A program made the position numbers and the translations under genes. From Tenericutes bacterium ADurb.Bin087 (GTDB taxonomy: Bacteria > Bacillota_I > Bacilli_A > RFN20 > CAG-826), in the NCBI GenBank assembly GCA_002070905.1, contig MWEF01000003.1, forward strand, positions 11,216-75,215: a DNA stretch of 64,000 bases, in the 5' to 3' direction. The notes below the pieces were generated by a model. The model saw nothing but the letters and a program-made list of their open reading frames with translations, did no database searches and had not been told where the DNA came from. Positions 19,660 through 29,887 of the stretch are shown one piece after another; within the stretch, counting starts at the first letter, position 1, and each line of letters starts with the position of its first letter.

Positions 19660-22248
19660 TTAACTTCTCCCTTTATTTGCAATGACTACCGCACCTTTTG
19701 CGCTATTAGCTTCATCAGGTGGCTCAATGATCCCATCTTGCATTAATTGATCATAAATTTGGCGAGCGCGCGGCCAACCTAAATTAAAGTTTTGTTGTAA
19801 GCGGCTAATCGAAATTGTATCTTGCCCTAATGTAAATTCTAAAACGGCTTGATAAAGATCATCATTAATAACTGGTCCACCACCGCCATAGACATTTACT
19901 TTTTCTTTTAAATCTAAAAATTCGGGATAAAAATCTGTCATATAGTTGTTACGTAAGTAATTAGTGACACGTAACACTTCACGTGTTTGGACATATGGCG
20001 CTTGCACCCGTAAGAGCCCACGATAATTTGTCGTAATACTATCAACTAACATATCACCAAATCCGAGTAAATTCTCCGCACCACCGCAGCCAAGAATCGT
20101 CATGCTATCCGTTACACTTGCCGTCATAAAGGCTACACGACTTGGGATATTCGCCTTAATATTGCCCGTAATAACTTGGACACTTGGACGTTGCGTCGCA
20201 ATTAGTAAATGAATACCCGCCGCGCGGCTTTTTTGCACAAGCCGTAATACAAGGTTAGAGATTTCTTTTTCACTTTCAAAAAGATCAGCAAATTCATCAA
20301 CAATCGCAATGATAACGGGCAGTTTCTCGCCACCTATATCTTCAATGACATCGTTATAATCACTAAGTTTACCAACACCCGTCTTCTCAAAAAGTTTATA
20401 GCGGTTTTCCATCTCGCCAATGAGGCGGTCAAGCGCAATTTTAGCTTCACTTGGTTCTTTGATAATTGGGGTAATTAAATGCGGAATATTCGCGTAAGCC
20501 GAAAGTTCAACACGTTTAGGGTCAATGAGCATTAGGCGTAATTCAAGTGGCGAATGCATCATGATGAGTGAGGTTAAAACAGTATGAATAAAGACACTTT
20601 TCCCGCTGCCTGTTGCCCCGGCAACTAGTAAGTGCGGAAAATCAGTAAAGGGGGCAAGAATAACATTACCCGCCACATCTTTACCTAATGGGATTAAATA
20701 TTTCTTGCGCTTATTAGCGACAATTTTATGCATACAATCTTTAAAATTAACGTTAGTCCGATATTTATTTGCGACTTCTAACCCACTTGTCGCTTTCCCT
20801 GGTAAAATTTCTTCAAAACGTAACGACGCCCCATTTAAGCGACGCGAAATATCATTCAGTAATGGGTTAATAGATTTTACCGTTTCCGTTGGTCCAAGTT
20901 GAATTTCAAAGCGCGTAAATGTTGACCCAATTGTCCAGCTAAACACATGCGCATCAACATTAAAGTCCGTAAAGAAGGCATTAATCTTTCCTTCATAATC
21001 TGCGGCAAATTCGCGATTTTGTGCTTCTTCACCATTATCAACAGCGTCATCTAATAAATCAAGTTTCGGTAACCGGAAGTTCGCAAAATTTGAGGAAATA
21101 CGCGGTTGTGGTTCACCCTTTGGTTTTGGTTCAGGAGCGGGTAATGGCGGCAGCGGTTCAGGTTCAAAGGAAGACGCTACTGGCGCAGGTATTACTTGCT
21201 CTTCTTCCGTAACAGGCGGTGGGCTAATTGTAGTTTCAGCATTAGTCGCACCAAAACTCACAGCTTCAAATGTCCCTTTTTCATCAACAGCGCGTTCTAA
21301 TTCTTGGAAATCTTCCGTACTTTCAACTTTAGCCATCGTGCTAATCATCGTGGGGTCAAGTGCCTCAAATTCTTCATCATTACTATCAAGTGTTGGTAAT
21401 TCAAAATGTTCATCAAAGGCCGCAAAATCTTCACCAGGCACAGCACGATGCATTGAACTACTTTCAGTATTAACGACACTTAAGGGTGGGGGCGGTGGTA
21501 ATGGACTTTCATTCATCTTATCATCAACACTGCCAACACGATGTAATAAATTACTACCCCACACTTCATTGTCACTTAAAATATCAGTGACAGGAACTTG
21601 ATCTGGTTCGACTTTTGGTTCATCTTTCGCTAAAAGACCGGCTTCATGTAGCACACGTCGTCTTTTCTTTAAATCACGAATTTCTTCTTTAATCGCGGCA
21701 TATATTTTAACGAGTAACGGCCAGAGTAATAGCGTCGCAAAACCAATATTACCAAGAACAAGAATCATGATGATAAGCCACACTGGGAGTGCTTTTAAGG
21801 CATATAAGAGCCCTTCACCTAACACGCCACCATAATTATAGAAATAGGCATTTGATGGGGGAGTAAACGAAAACGTTGCGCGCGCCAAAGTGACCATCGT
21901 CTCTAGATTAGCGCCAAAAGTCGTATTATCACGCGTATAATCGCGTAACGTACCGGCATAAAATGCACTACTTACAATTAATAAACCAAAGATGCTAAGA
22001 AAAACAAGCGCCATCCGCTTCTTACTTTTTGCTGGTGGGAAAAAGATTAAGTAAATGGCAAATACGACTTGCAACGAGAAAAAGATGACAAAAAGGTCGC
22101 CAAATAAAAGCGCAACAGGCACATTAATGACGCCACCAATCGATATTTTTAAGATTCCGATTAGCGCTAAAAGCGCGACAATAATGCCTTTTAAGCCGCG
22201 ACTTATTTTTTGTTGTTGTAACAGTAGATTTGATTTTGCTTCACTCAT
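19660..22248 (-). CDS. ftsK: DNA translocase FtsK/SpoIIIE
   Basis: N-terminal TM segments, a Pro/Glu-rich linker, and a C-terminal motor with GATGSGKS, DEFADL and a gamma wHTH. The ORF-track start at 22296 is a TTG. The only in-frame ATG near the N-terminus is 22248. Confidence 0.9.
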   Translation of the reverse strand: MSEAKSNLLLQQQKISRGLKGIIVALLALIGILKISIGGVINVPVALLFGDLFVIFFSLQVVFAIYLIFFPPAKSKKRMALVFLSIFGLLIVSSAFYAGTLRDYTRDNTTFGANLETMVTLARATFSFTPPSNAYFYNYGGVLGEGLLYALKALPVWLIIMILVLGNIGFATLLLWPLLVKIYAAIKEEIRDLKKRRRVLHEAGLLAKDEPKVEPDQVPVTDILSDNEVWGSNLLHRVGSVDDKMNESPLPPPPPLSVVNTESSSMHRAVPGEDFAAFDEHFELPTLDSNDEEFEALDPTMISTMAKVESTEDFQELERAVDEKGTFEAVSFGATNAETTISPPPVTEEEQVIPAPVASSFEPEPLPPLPAPEPKPKGEPQPRISSNFANFRLPKLDLLDDAVDNGEEAQNREFAADYEGKINAFFTDFNVDAHVFSWTIGSTFTRFEIQLGPTETVKSINPLLNDISRRLNGASLRFEEILPGKATSGLEVANKYRTNVNFKDCMHKIVANKRKKYLIPLGKDVAGNVILAPFTDFPHLLVAGATGSGKSVFIHTVLTSLIMMHSPLELRLMLIDPKRVELSAYANIPHLITPIIKEPSEAKIALDRLIGEMENRYKLFEKTGVGKLSDYNDVIEDIGGEKLPVIIAIVDEFADLFESEKEISNLVLRLVQKSRAAGIHLLIATQRPSVQVITGNIKANIPSRVAFMTASVTDSMTILGCGGAENLLGFGDMLVDSITTNYRGLLRVQAPYVQTREVLRVTNYLRNNYMTDFYPEFLDLKEKVNVYGGGGPVINDDLYQAVLEFTLGQDTISISRLQQNFNLGWPRARQIYDQLMQDGIIEPPDEANSAKGAVVIANKGRS

Positions 22249-22324
22249 ACTTAATATTATACATAATATTACAGCAATAGGGAAAAAGACGAGCAAAAAT
22301 TTATCAATTTTTGTGATTTATTCA

Positions 22325-24013
22325 CTATTGATTAATAACACGAATCAGTGGCAAGATCATCGGATGGCGCCGTGTTTCGCGGAAAATATACTTTTCAACG
22401 CGTGATTCGGTTTCTTTAACCGCGCCATCAATATCAAATTGCGTCTCCGCTAGTGCTTCACTAACAGTCGTAATAAAGATTTGGCGAATTTGTTTTAAAA
22501 GTTGTTCACTATCTTTGACATACACAAACCCGCGCATCTGCACATCAGGTCCCGCCGTAATTGTGCGCTCATCATAATTAACGGCGATGGCCATAATAAT
22601 AATGCCATCTTCACTCAATCGTTGCCGATCTTCAATCACCCCGCGATTAATATCACCAATCCCTGTCCCGTCAACTAGAACATCACCACTAGCGATTAAA
22701 TCAAGCGGACTCATCTTCACGCGCCCCACACCATCATTAAATTCGACACTGACACCATTATCAAGTAAGAAAATATTATGATGACTAAACTTTAAGCCGC
22801 TATGGAGCGCAAGTTGGGCATTAGCGATCTGTTGCCGATATAACCCTTTAACCGGAATATAATATTTTGGTTTTAAAAGTGAGAGTAACATCCGCAAGTC
22901 TTCTTCTTGGGCATGCATATTCGTAAAGAGTTTACGGGTAATATTAACAACAGTGCATCCTGTTGTGTATAACGAGTCTAGTGCTTCAGTGGCAATGACT
23001 TCTAGTGTCGCAGGAGCAGGAAGAGCCATAATAAACGTATCATCTTTGCCAAGTACAATCTTCTTATCCGCATTCTCGCGATTAGATAAAGCAATTATTT
23101 TTTCAAAGATTTTGTCGCCAGCTCCGAGCATTAAAATAACTAAGTCTTGGTCGCGAGCGCGTAGTAAATCATCATTGCTAATCACATAGCGTTCATCAAG
23201 TAAACTTAAGCCCACACGTTCAAAATCACGGAAATAGTCTTCCGTTTTTGGATCATAAAAGGCAATTTTACGTTTAGCGCCGATGACCACTTGCACTAAT
23301 TCTTCGATGTTATACGTTGATTGATCATAAAGTGAGATGAAAATCCGCCCTTTTGTTTCACGGAAGATTGGTTCAATGTGCGTTGTTAAGCGATGCGTTG
23401 GCGAAGTGTAGCCCGCCTTTTCGGCACCATTAGATTCACTTAGCAAACATAACACATTTTTCTCAGCAATTTTGGCAATGCTATTTAAGTCAAGTTTATA
23501 GCGCGCACTATTTGTGTACTCAATAATAAAATCACCCGAATACACAATTGTGCCTTGACTTGTATCAAGGGCAATCCCAAAACTATGCATCGCGGAATGT
23601 GTTGTTTGGAAAAAAGTAAATTTATGACCACTGATTGTGTGTTGACTTGATGGTTCAATTGTCACAATTTGATATTTAACATCCTTAACACCAACTCGTC
23701 TTGTAAAGCGTTCAAGCATCATCGCCGCGGCAACTGTCGTGTAAATTGGCGCTGGTGCTTGTTTATAGATGAAGGGTAATGCCCCAAATTGATCATCATG
23801 GCCATGACTAATAAAATAGGCTTTAATTCGACTTTTATTCGTAATTAAATAATTGTGATTGGGAATAATAAAATCAATCCCTGGTGAAGATTTATCGGGA
23901 TACTTTAGACCAGCCTCAAACACAAAAATGTCGTTATTAATTTCAATAACATACATGTTTTTGCCATGTTCATCTAGGCCCCCTAACGCGAAAATTTTTA
24001 CTTTATCGTTCAT
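22325..24013 (-). CDS. rnj: Ribonuclease J
   Basis: 562 aa, IFALGGLDEHGKNMY and ISHGHDDQFGALP (beta-CASP metallo-beta-lactamase). Confidence 0.92.
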   Translation of the reverse strand: MNDKVKIFALGGLDEHGKNMYVIEINNDIFVFEAGLKYPDKSSPGIDFIIPNHNYLITNKSRIKAYFISHGHDDQFGALPFIYKQAPAPIYTTVAAAMMLERFTRRVGVKDVKYQIVTIEPSSQHTISGHKFTFFQTTHSAMHSFGIALDTSQGTIVYSGDFIIEYTNSARYKLDLNSIAKIAEKNVLCLLSESNGAEKAGYTSPTHRLTTHIEPIFRETKGRIFISLYDQSTYNIEELVQVVIGAKRKIAFYDPKTEDYFRDFERVGLSLLDERYVISNDDLLRARDQDLVILMLGAGDKIFEKIIALSNRENADKKIVLGKDDTFIMALPAPATLEVIATEALDSLYTTGCTVVNITRKLFTNMHAQEEDLRMLLSLLKPKYYIPVKGLYRQQIANAQLALHSGLKFSHHNIFLLDNGVSVEFNDGVGRVKMSPLDLIASGDVLVDGTGIGDINRGVIEDRQRLSEDGIIIMAIAVNYDERTITAGPDVQMRGFVYVKDSEQLLKQIRQIFITTVSEALAETQFDIDGAVKETESRVEKYIFRETRRHPMILPLIRVINQ

Positions 24014-24097
24014 AATTATACCTCTTGTTAATAATATGTGATGTTTCTCTACTTTGTTAGTATAACAAAAGATTACTTAAACTACCAAATAATTACT

Positions 24098-24448
24098 TTA
24101 TTTAAGTTCCGCACTACTAATAATATTGACACCAGTACCAAGGACATTTTCAATAATAACAGCGTTAAATGCCACTGGTGCTTGCACGACTGTTTGCCGT
24201 AATATTTTTACAACTTCAGGAATTAAGTGCTTAGCAATCATCTCATCCGTGCGCACGGGCAAAGGCGTTTCTTTACCCGCAACTTTAACGACATATGTTA
24301 GATTGCGTTTTGGTTCTTTAACTTCTTGAAGGGCATAAGGAATGCCGCGGGCACAAAAATTGCCACTGACTTTTAAATCACTAGTGACCGTCATAATACA
24401 GCCACGCGGACAGACGAGACACGTTACTTTGCGTTCATTACTACTCAT
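24098..24448 (-). CDS. DUF1667 Cys-rich small subunit of the flavoprotein dehydrogenase operon
   Basis: Start trimmed to ATG 24448 (MSSNERKVTCLVCPRGC...), overlapping the upstream stop by 8 nt. CxxCxxGC motif. Confidence 0.8.
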   Translation of the reverse strand: MSSNERKVTCLVCPRGCIMTVTSDLKVSGNFCARGIPYALQEVKEPKRNLTYVVKVAGKETPLPVRTDEMIAKHLIPEVVKILRQTVVQAPVAFNAVIIENVLGTGVNIISSAELK

Positions 24449-25694
24449 CACTAACCTCCACACTCAGCCCTTCACCCGCAATTAATAGTTCCTTTTTTAT
24501 TTTTAAAATCACTAATTCGCTTGGGAATAAAAACGGGAAAAATTTCTTAAATATTATCGTATCATCAATCTTTACGACAATACGTTTATTTTCAAAGTTT
24601 TGCCATGGGCGAAATTTAAGCACTAATTCATCACTGTTAAGCGGGAGATTTAACGTGTTTGGTAACACGTAATTTATCCCTTTACCTGGCACAACTTTAA
24701 GCGTACTACTTATCGCTTTTAACGCCCCTTTGATATATAAACTTGCGGCGCGCCCTGCTTCTTCACCTTCAAAGTAAGCATCATCAGCAAGATCGTGGAT
24801 GTGAAGTGCATTCCCAGCGACAAAAAACCATGGTAAGTTTGTTTGGTAATTATTATTAATCACTGGACCACGTGACTTACTAACAGGGTTACCCAATTTA
24901 TCACTAAGGGCGACGTAAGGGATAAGACCAACCGCTAACAAGAGTGTGTCAACTTTAAATGTTTTCGTCGTTCCTGGAATTACTTCAAATTTGTCATTAA
25001 GGGCGGCAATATCAACTTCGTTAATTCGCGGCCGACCACGAACATCAACGACTTTATGCGATAAATAAAGCGGAATATTAAAGTCATCTAAACATTGGAC
25101 GATATTCCGCTTTAAGCCACTTGAATAGGGCATTATTTCACTCACAGCGTGCACTTTAATCCCAAGTAAACTAAGTCTGCGGGCCATAATTAAGCCAATA
25201 TCACCTGAACCGACAATTAAAACGTCTTTGGCAAATTCATAACCCTTTAAGTTGAGGAAATATTGCGCTTGCCCTGCACTCATAATCCCGGCACTACGTT
25301 CACCAGGTAAATTAATCGCTCCCGCACTGCGTTCATAAGAGCCTGTTGTTAAAATAATCGCCTTTGTCTTATACACAAAAACACCTTTGCCCGCGACAAA
25401 CACAGTCACTTCTTTTTTATCACTAACATCAGTGACGTTACTGCTAAGTAAAATATCAAAAGGCCGCTCTTTTAGCATTTCGACAAGATAATGGGAGTAT
25501 TCGGGTCCCGTTAATGTTTTCTTAAATAAATGAACACCAAAACCATCATGCACACATTGGTTTAAAATTCCACCAAATGTCGCTTCTTTTTCAATTAATA
25601 AAATATTATGAATACCTGCGTCATAAGCTGCAACGGCCGCGCCTAGGCCAGCGCTACCGCCACCAATAATAATTAAATCATACTCTTTAGCCAT
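24441..25694 (-). CDS. NAD(P)/FAD-dependent pyridine-nucleotide-disulfide-family oxidoreductase
   Basis: 417 aa, with IIIGGGSAGLGAA and a second dinucleotide fold IVGSGDIGLIMA. Confidence 0.8.
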   Translation of the reverse strand: MAKEYDLIIIGGGSAGLGAAVAAYDAGIHNILLIEKEATFGGILNQCVHDGFGVHLFKKTLTGPEYSHYLVEMLKERPFDILLSSNVTDVSDKKEVTVFVAGKGVFVYKTKAIILTTGSYERSAGAINLPGERSAGIMSAGQAQYFLNLKGYEFAKDVLIVGSGDIGLIMARRLSLLGIKVHAVSEIMPYSSGLKRNIVQCLDDFNIPLYLSHKVVDVRGRPRINEVDIAALNDKFEVIPGTTKTFKVDTLLLAVGLIPYVALSDKLGNPVSKSRGPVINNNYQTNLPWFFVAGNALHIHDLADDAYFEGEEAGRAASLYIKGALKAISSTLKVVPGKGINYVLPNTLNLPLNSDELVLKFRPWQNFENKRIVVKIDDTIIFKKFFPFLFPSELVILKIKKELLIAGEGLSVEVSDE

Positions 25695-27108
25695 GTTTCA
25701 CCACGTAACTTTCTTTATCATCATAGGCAATTTCATCAACGGGAACCCCGTAATATTCACTCATAATCGCAATCACCTTTGCACTACAGAACCCACCCTG
25801 ACATAAGCCAAAGCCAGCCCGTAAGCGTTTTTTCATGGCTTTTACACTATTGACAGGCACAACGCGACTTAAGACATCGATGATTTCGGCTTTCGTAATC
25901 TTTTCACAGTTACACACTAGTTGGGCAAAGTTTTTATCTTTTTTCACTAATGCTTGAATTGCTTTAGTACTTAAATGCTGTAAGCGTAAGAGCGGCCGAA
26001 TCTTTGGATTAAAGTTTGCTTTCGCCTTAAGCACTAATAAGTCAGGCACTAATTCATTAACGACGTAAAGAGCAATCGCGGGTGCACTTGCAAGGCCGGG
26101 ACTTTCAATCCCCGCAACATTAATTAAGCCTTTCACATATTTATCATGTTCAATGACAAAGTCACCCGTCGACGGAGTAGCCCGTAATCCGCTAAACGTT
26201 CTAATTGTTTTATGGAACGGAATATCCTTTAGTAATCGATTAGCGTTTTGCCGAATATTTTCAAGTGACACATAATCGGTCCCAACGTCAACTTTCGACA
26301 TAATTTCTTCACTTGTCGGTCCAATCAGTGTATTCCCCGCTGTCGTTGGTACAACTAAAATCCCTTTACTGTGAATATTAGGTAGCGGGAATAAGACTGT
26401 ATTTACAAGCGGAATTGGTAATTTATCTAACACAAAGTAACTGCCTTTGCGCGGCGTAATCTTAAAGTCAGCTTTACTGACCATATTGATGATATTATCA
26501 GCAAACACACCCGCCGCGTTAATGACAACTTTACTAAAATATTCACCATTTTTTGTTGTTACTTTAAAACCGTTTTTAACTTTATCAATCGCTACTACTT
26601 CTTCGTTTAGCTTTAAAGTCATCCCGTTTTCAATCGCATTTTCAATCGCGTGCGCCGTAAGTTCAAACGGATTAACAATCCCTGCTGTTGGCGCAAAAAG
26701 CCCACCAACAATATGGTCATGTAGATTTGGTTCAAGCGCATGGACTTCCGCTTTATTTAAGATTTTAACTTCAACGCCATTAATCTCAGCGCGTGCTTTT
26801 AGTTCATCAAGCCGTGGTAGTTCTGCTTCCGCTTGGGCAACCACTAAACTGCCAATCCGCTTAAATTCCACATCTAAATCAGCGCATAAATCTTTAAAAA
26901 GTGGAACGGCCGCAACGTTAAATTTTGCTTTAAGTGTGCCAGGCTTTGGATCGTACCCACTATGGACAATTGCGCTATTAGCGGCCGTAGTGCCATTGCC
27001 CACATCGTTATCTTTTTCGAGCATTAAAATATCAAGTTCATATTTACTTGCCTCGCGCCCAATTAAAGCACCGATCACGCCTGCACCAATAATAATAATG
27101 TCATGCAT
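25687..27108 (-). CDS. FAD-dependent dehydrogenase/oxidase (glycerol-3-phosphate dehydrogenase-like) with C-terminal BFD-like 2Fe-2S domain
   Basis: 473 aa, IIIIGAGVIGALIG. The C-terminus has CNCEKITKAEI...CQGGFC. The three-gene arrangement with an oxidoreductase and DUF1667 is a common anaerobic G3P-dehydrogenase-like operon. Confidence 0.78.
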   Translation of the reverse strand: MHDIIIIGAGVIGALIGREASKYELDILMLEKDNDVGNGTTAANSAIVHSGYDPKPGTLKAKFNVAAVPLFKDLCADLDVEFKRIGSLVVAQAEAELPRLDELKARAEINGVEVKILNKAEVHALEPNLHDHIVGGLFAPTAGIVNPFELTAHAIENAIENGMTLKLNEEVVAIDKVKNGFKVTTKNGEYFSKVVINAAGVFADNIINMVSKADFKITPRKGSYFVLDKLPIPLVNTVLFPLPNIHSKGILVVPTTAGNTLIGPTSEEIMSKVDVGTDYVSLENIRQNANRLLKDIPFHKTIRTFSGLRATPSTGDFVIEHDKYVKGLINVAGIESPGLASAPAIALYVVNELVPDLLVLKAKANFNPKIRPLLRLQHLSTKAIQALVKKDKNFAQLVCNCEKITKAEIIDVLSRVVPVNSVKAMKKRLRAGFGLCQGGFCSAKVIAIMSEYYGVPVDEIAYDDKESYVVKHG

Positions 27109-27208
27109 AAATATTCACCTAAGAGCAACTTCGTGCTTTTCTATACACATTAATCATACACTAATTATTGAAATAATTAGGAAGTAATCACTTAAATTCG
27201 TTAATTTT

Positions 27209-27242
27209 GAAAAAAAACCTCCTAACAATGTTAAGAGGCTTT
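27209..27242 (-). terminator. Rho-independent terminator after pnp
   Basis: The minus strand reads CCTCTTAAC-ATT-GTTAGGAGG (9 bp, one G-U) followed by T8. Confidence 0.7.
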
Positions 27243-27260
27243 GTTTTTTATGAGCAGTAA

Positions 27261-29423
27261 TTATTTACCGCGCCGTGGTCCGCCACCTTTGCGTTCAGTG
27301 TAGCCTTCAGGTTTAGCTTTAAAGACTTTCACACTTGCTTTAACTTTTCCTTTTTCGTCAACACCAGTAACTTTAACTTTGAGTGTGTCCCCAATTTTAT
27401 ATAACTTTGCGGCATCGTCAACATAAGCCCAGTCAAGATCACTAACGTGGACTAATGCGTCAACATTACCAAAGAGATTAACAAAGACACCATAAGGTTC
27501 AACACGATTTACTTTACCTTCGTATATTTCGCCAACTTTAGCTTCTTTAACGATTGCTTCAATCGTAGCAAGCACGTTATTAATCGTCGCACGATTCATA
27601 TGATAGACAACAACTAAACCGTTATCATCAATATCAATTTTAGCGCCATCATTATCTTCGATAATCTTATTAATGACTTTACCACCACTGCCGATGACTT
27701 CACGGATTTTATCAACATCAATGTTCATTTTGCCCATCTTTGGTGCAAATTCGGCGACATCATCCCGTGGGGCACTAATCGCACTTAACTGATTAGCGCG
27801 AATCTCTTCCCGCGCTTTTTTCGCTTGCGCTAAGCTTTCCGCTAACACTTCTTTGCTAATACCGCGGACTTTAATATCCATTTGTAAAGCAGTAATGCCT
27901 TTACTAGTTCCCGCGACTTTAAAGTCCATATCACCGAAGTGATCTTCTAAACCTTGAATATCGGTAAGAATCGTATAAGGGTGATTACCATCAAGTGGTC
28001 CACTTGTAATTAAGCCCATTGCAATTCCGGTTACCATATCTTTAATCGGGACACCAGCGGCCATTAGTGCCATACTTGAAGCACAAATACTAGCCTGGGA
28101 ACTTGAACCATTACTTTCTAATACTTCACTCACAACACGGATGGTGTATGGGAATTCTTCATCACTTGGAATAACCGCAAGTAAAGCTCTTTCACCTAAA
28201 GCACCATGCCCTATTTCGCGACGCGCAGGGCCGCCTAAACGTTTAATTTCGCCAACACTAAAGGGCGGAAAATTATAGTGGTGCATAAAGCGCCGTGATT
28301 CTTCATCAGTTAAATTATCAATAATTTGTTCGTCACTCTTTGGTCCAAGGGTAACGACCGATAAGACTTGTGTTTGTCCGCGGGTGAAAAGGGCACTACC
28401 ATGCGTTCGTGGTAATAAGTCAACTTGACTATCAAGTGGTCGAATTTCATCGACTTTACGACCATCAGGCCGTACTTTTTCATGGGTGATAAGTCGGCGA
28501 ATTTCTTCACTAACCATCACTTCATGTAACGCTTTAACGTCACTGACAGTACGCCGTTTAAGCTCATCACTTTCATAATCTTGGCCCTCATAATCTTCAA
28601 CCATTTCCACTTTAACTGCTTCAATTGCGGCACTGCGTTCTAATTTATCAAACACACTAATTGCTTCTTGCAGTTTACCAGTATATTTTGCTTTAAGGTC
28701 ATCAATTAAAGTTTGATCAGGAACAAAAAGTGGAAATTCACGTTTTGCCACACCGATCGCTTGTTGAATTTCTTCTTGGAAGACACAGAGTTCTTTAATC
28801 GCTTCGTGACCAAGCATTAATGCTTCAAGCATATCTTCTTCGCTAACTTCATTGGCACCCGCTTCAACCATATTAATGGCGCGTTTTGTGCCAGCCACAG
28901 TTAGTTGTAAATCACTTTTAGTGTTTTCTTCAGCGGTCGGATTAATAATAAATTTGCCATCAACGCGACCAACTTGCACACCAGCAATTGGACCTTCAAA
29001 TGGGATATCACTAATTGTGAGTGCTAAACTGCTGCCAAACATCGCCGTCATTTCGGGTGTGCAGTCATAATCAGCGCTTAACACAGTATTAATCACTTGG
29101 ACTTCATTTCTAAATCCGTCGGCAAATAATGGACGGATTGGCCGGTCAATTAACCGCCCAATTAAAGTTGCGTGTTCGGTTTCACGTCCTTCACGGCGTA
29201 AAAATGAACCAGGAATTTTTCCCGCTGCATACATTTTTTCTTGATACGCAACAGAGAGTGGGAAATAATCTAAATTCGTCGGACTATTTCCAGCAACAGC
29301 AGTACTTAAGACTGCCGTATCGCCATAGCGCACTAAGACGGCGCCATCAGCTTGTTTAGCGAGTTCGCCAGTTTCCACGACAATTTTACGGCCATGGAAC
29401 ATTAATTCATAAACTTTTTTCAT
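27261..29423 (-). CDS. pnp: Polyribonucleotide nucleotidyltransferase (PNPase)
   Basis: 720 aa with two RNase PH domains, KH and S1. Canonical sequence throughout. Confidence 0.97.
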   Translation of the reverse strand: MKKVYELMFHGRKIVVETGELAKQADGAVLVRYGDTAVLSTAVAGNSPTNLDYFPLSVAYQEKMYAAGKIPGSFLRREGRETEHATLIGRLIDRPIRPLFADGFRNEVQVINTVLSADYDCTPEMTAMFGSSLALTISDIPFEGPIAGVQVGRVDGKFIINPTAEENTKSDLQLTVAGTKRAINMVEAGANEVSEEDMLEALMLGHEAIKELCVFQEEIQQAIGVAKREFPLFVPDQTLIDDLKAKYTGKLQEAISVFDKLERSAAIEAVKVEMVEDYEGQDYESDELKRRTVSDVKALHEVMVSEEIRRLITHEKVRPDGRKVDEIRPLDSQVDLLPRTHGSALFTRGQTQVLSVVTLGPKSDEQIIDNLTDEESRRFMHHYNFPPFSVGEIKRLGGPARREIGHGALGERALLAVIPSDEEFPYTIRVVSEVLESNGSSSQASICASSMALMAAGVPIKDMVTGIAMGLITSGPLDGNHPYTILTDIQGLEDHFGDMDFKVAGTSKGITALQMDIKVRGISKEVLAESLAQAKKAREEIRANQLSAISAPRDDVAEFAPKMGKMNIDVDKIREVIGSGGKVINKIIEDNDGAKIDIDDNGLVVVYHMNRATINNVLATIEAIVKEAKVGEIYEGKVNRVEPYGVFVNLFGNVDALVHVSDLDWAYVDDAAKLYKIGDTLKVKVTGVDEKGKVKASVKVFKAKPEGYTERKGGGPRRGK

Positions 29424-29451
29424 TTTTTCCTCTTTTCCAACATAAATAATG

Positions 29452-29472
29452 AAAAAACTGTCGATGACAGTT
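29452..29472 (-). terminator. Hairpin plus U-tract between rpsO and pnp (terminator/attenuator)
   Basis: The minus strand reads AACTGTC-ATC-GACAGTT followed by TTTTT, located between the rpsO stop and the pnp SD. Confidence 0.65.
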
Positions 29473-29484
29473 TAATCTTTCTTT

Positions 29485-29754
29485 TTAACGACGTAAGCCT
29501 AATTTTGCAATAAGCGCTAAGTAGCCTTCACGATTAACACGATTGTAATAATCAAGTAAGCCACGACGTTGACCGACTAATTTAAGTAATCCGCGTTGTG
29601 AATGATAGTCGTGTTGATGGACTTTCATATGTTCAGTTAATTCGCGAATTTGTTCGGTTAAAAGCGCAACTTGCACAGGAGTTGATCCTGTATCTTTTTC
29701 GTTCGCCCCGAATTCTTTAACGATTTCGGCAATGCGTTCTTTGGTTAATGCCAT
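29485..29754 (-). CDS. rpsO: 30S ribosomal protein S15
   Basis: Start trimmed to ATG 29754 ([15 protein letters not shown]...). Canonical S15. Confidence 0.95.
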   Translation of the reverse strand: MALTKERIAEIVKEFGANEKDTGSTPVQVALLTEQIRELTEHMKVHQHDYHSQRGLLKLVGQRRGLLDYYNRVNREGYLALIAKLGLRR

Positions 29755-29887
29755 ACTTTTTATCCCCTTTCTTCTTATTCTTAACTTTAGCATCGCTCTA
29801 ATTCTAGGGGTGAATCATAGCAGCGCTAAAGTCGCTACATAATATTAACATATTATTGGCTATTTTGCCAAGTTAAAATATGCTTAA

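Noticed and set aside
20950-21560. Proline/glutamate-rich, repeat-looking stretch in ftsK (PLPPPPPLS, EPEPLPPLPAPEPKPKGEPQP)
   Set aside because: It is the expected low-complexity linker between the FtsK membrane and motor domains. It is not a DNA tandem repeat or a separate feature.
26447-27187. 246-aa plus-strand ORF
   Set aside because: It lies entirely antisense to the well-supported FAD-dependent dehydrogenase gene (25687..27108). Its composition is Ser/Ala/Thr/Leu-rich low complexity, typical of the reverse frame of a real gene. It has no SD.
29794-29887. Possible S15-binding autoregulatory structure in the rpsO leader
   Set aside because: The leader is long enough (~95 nt) and has short complementary segments. 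I could not fold a convincing pseudoknot or three-way junction by eye. An Rfam/Infernal scan is needed before it can be called.
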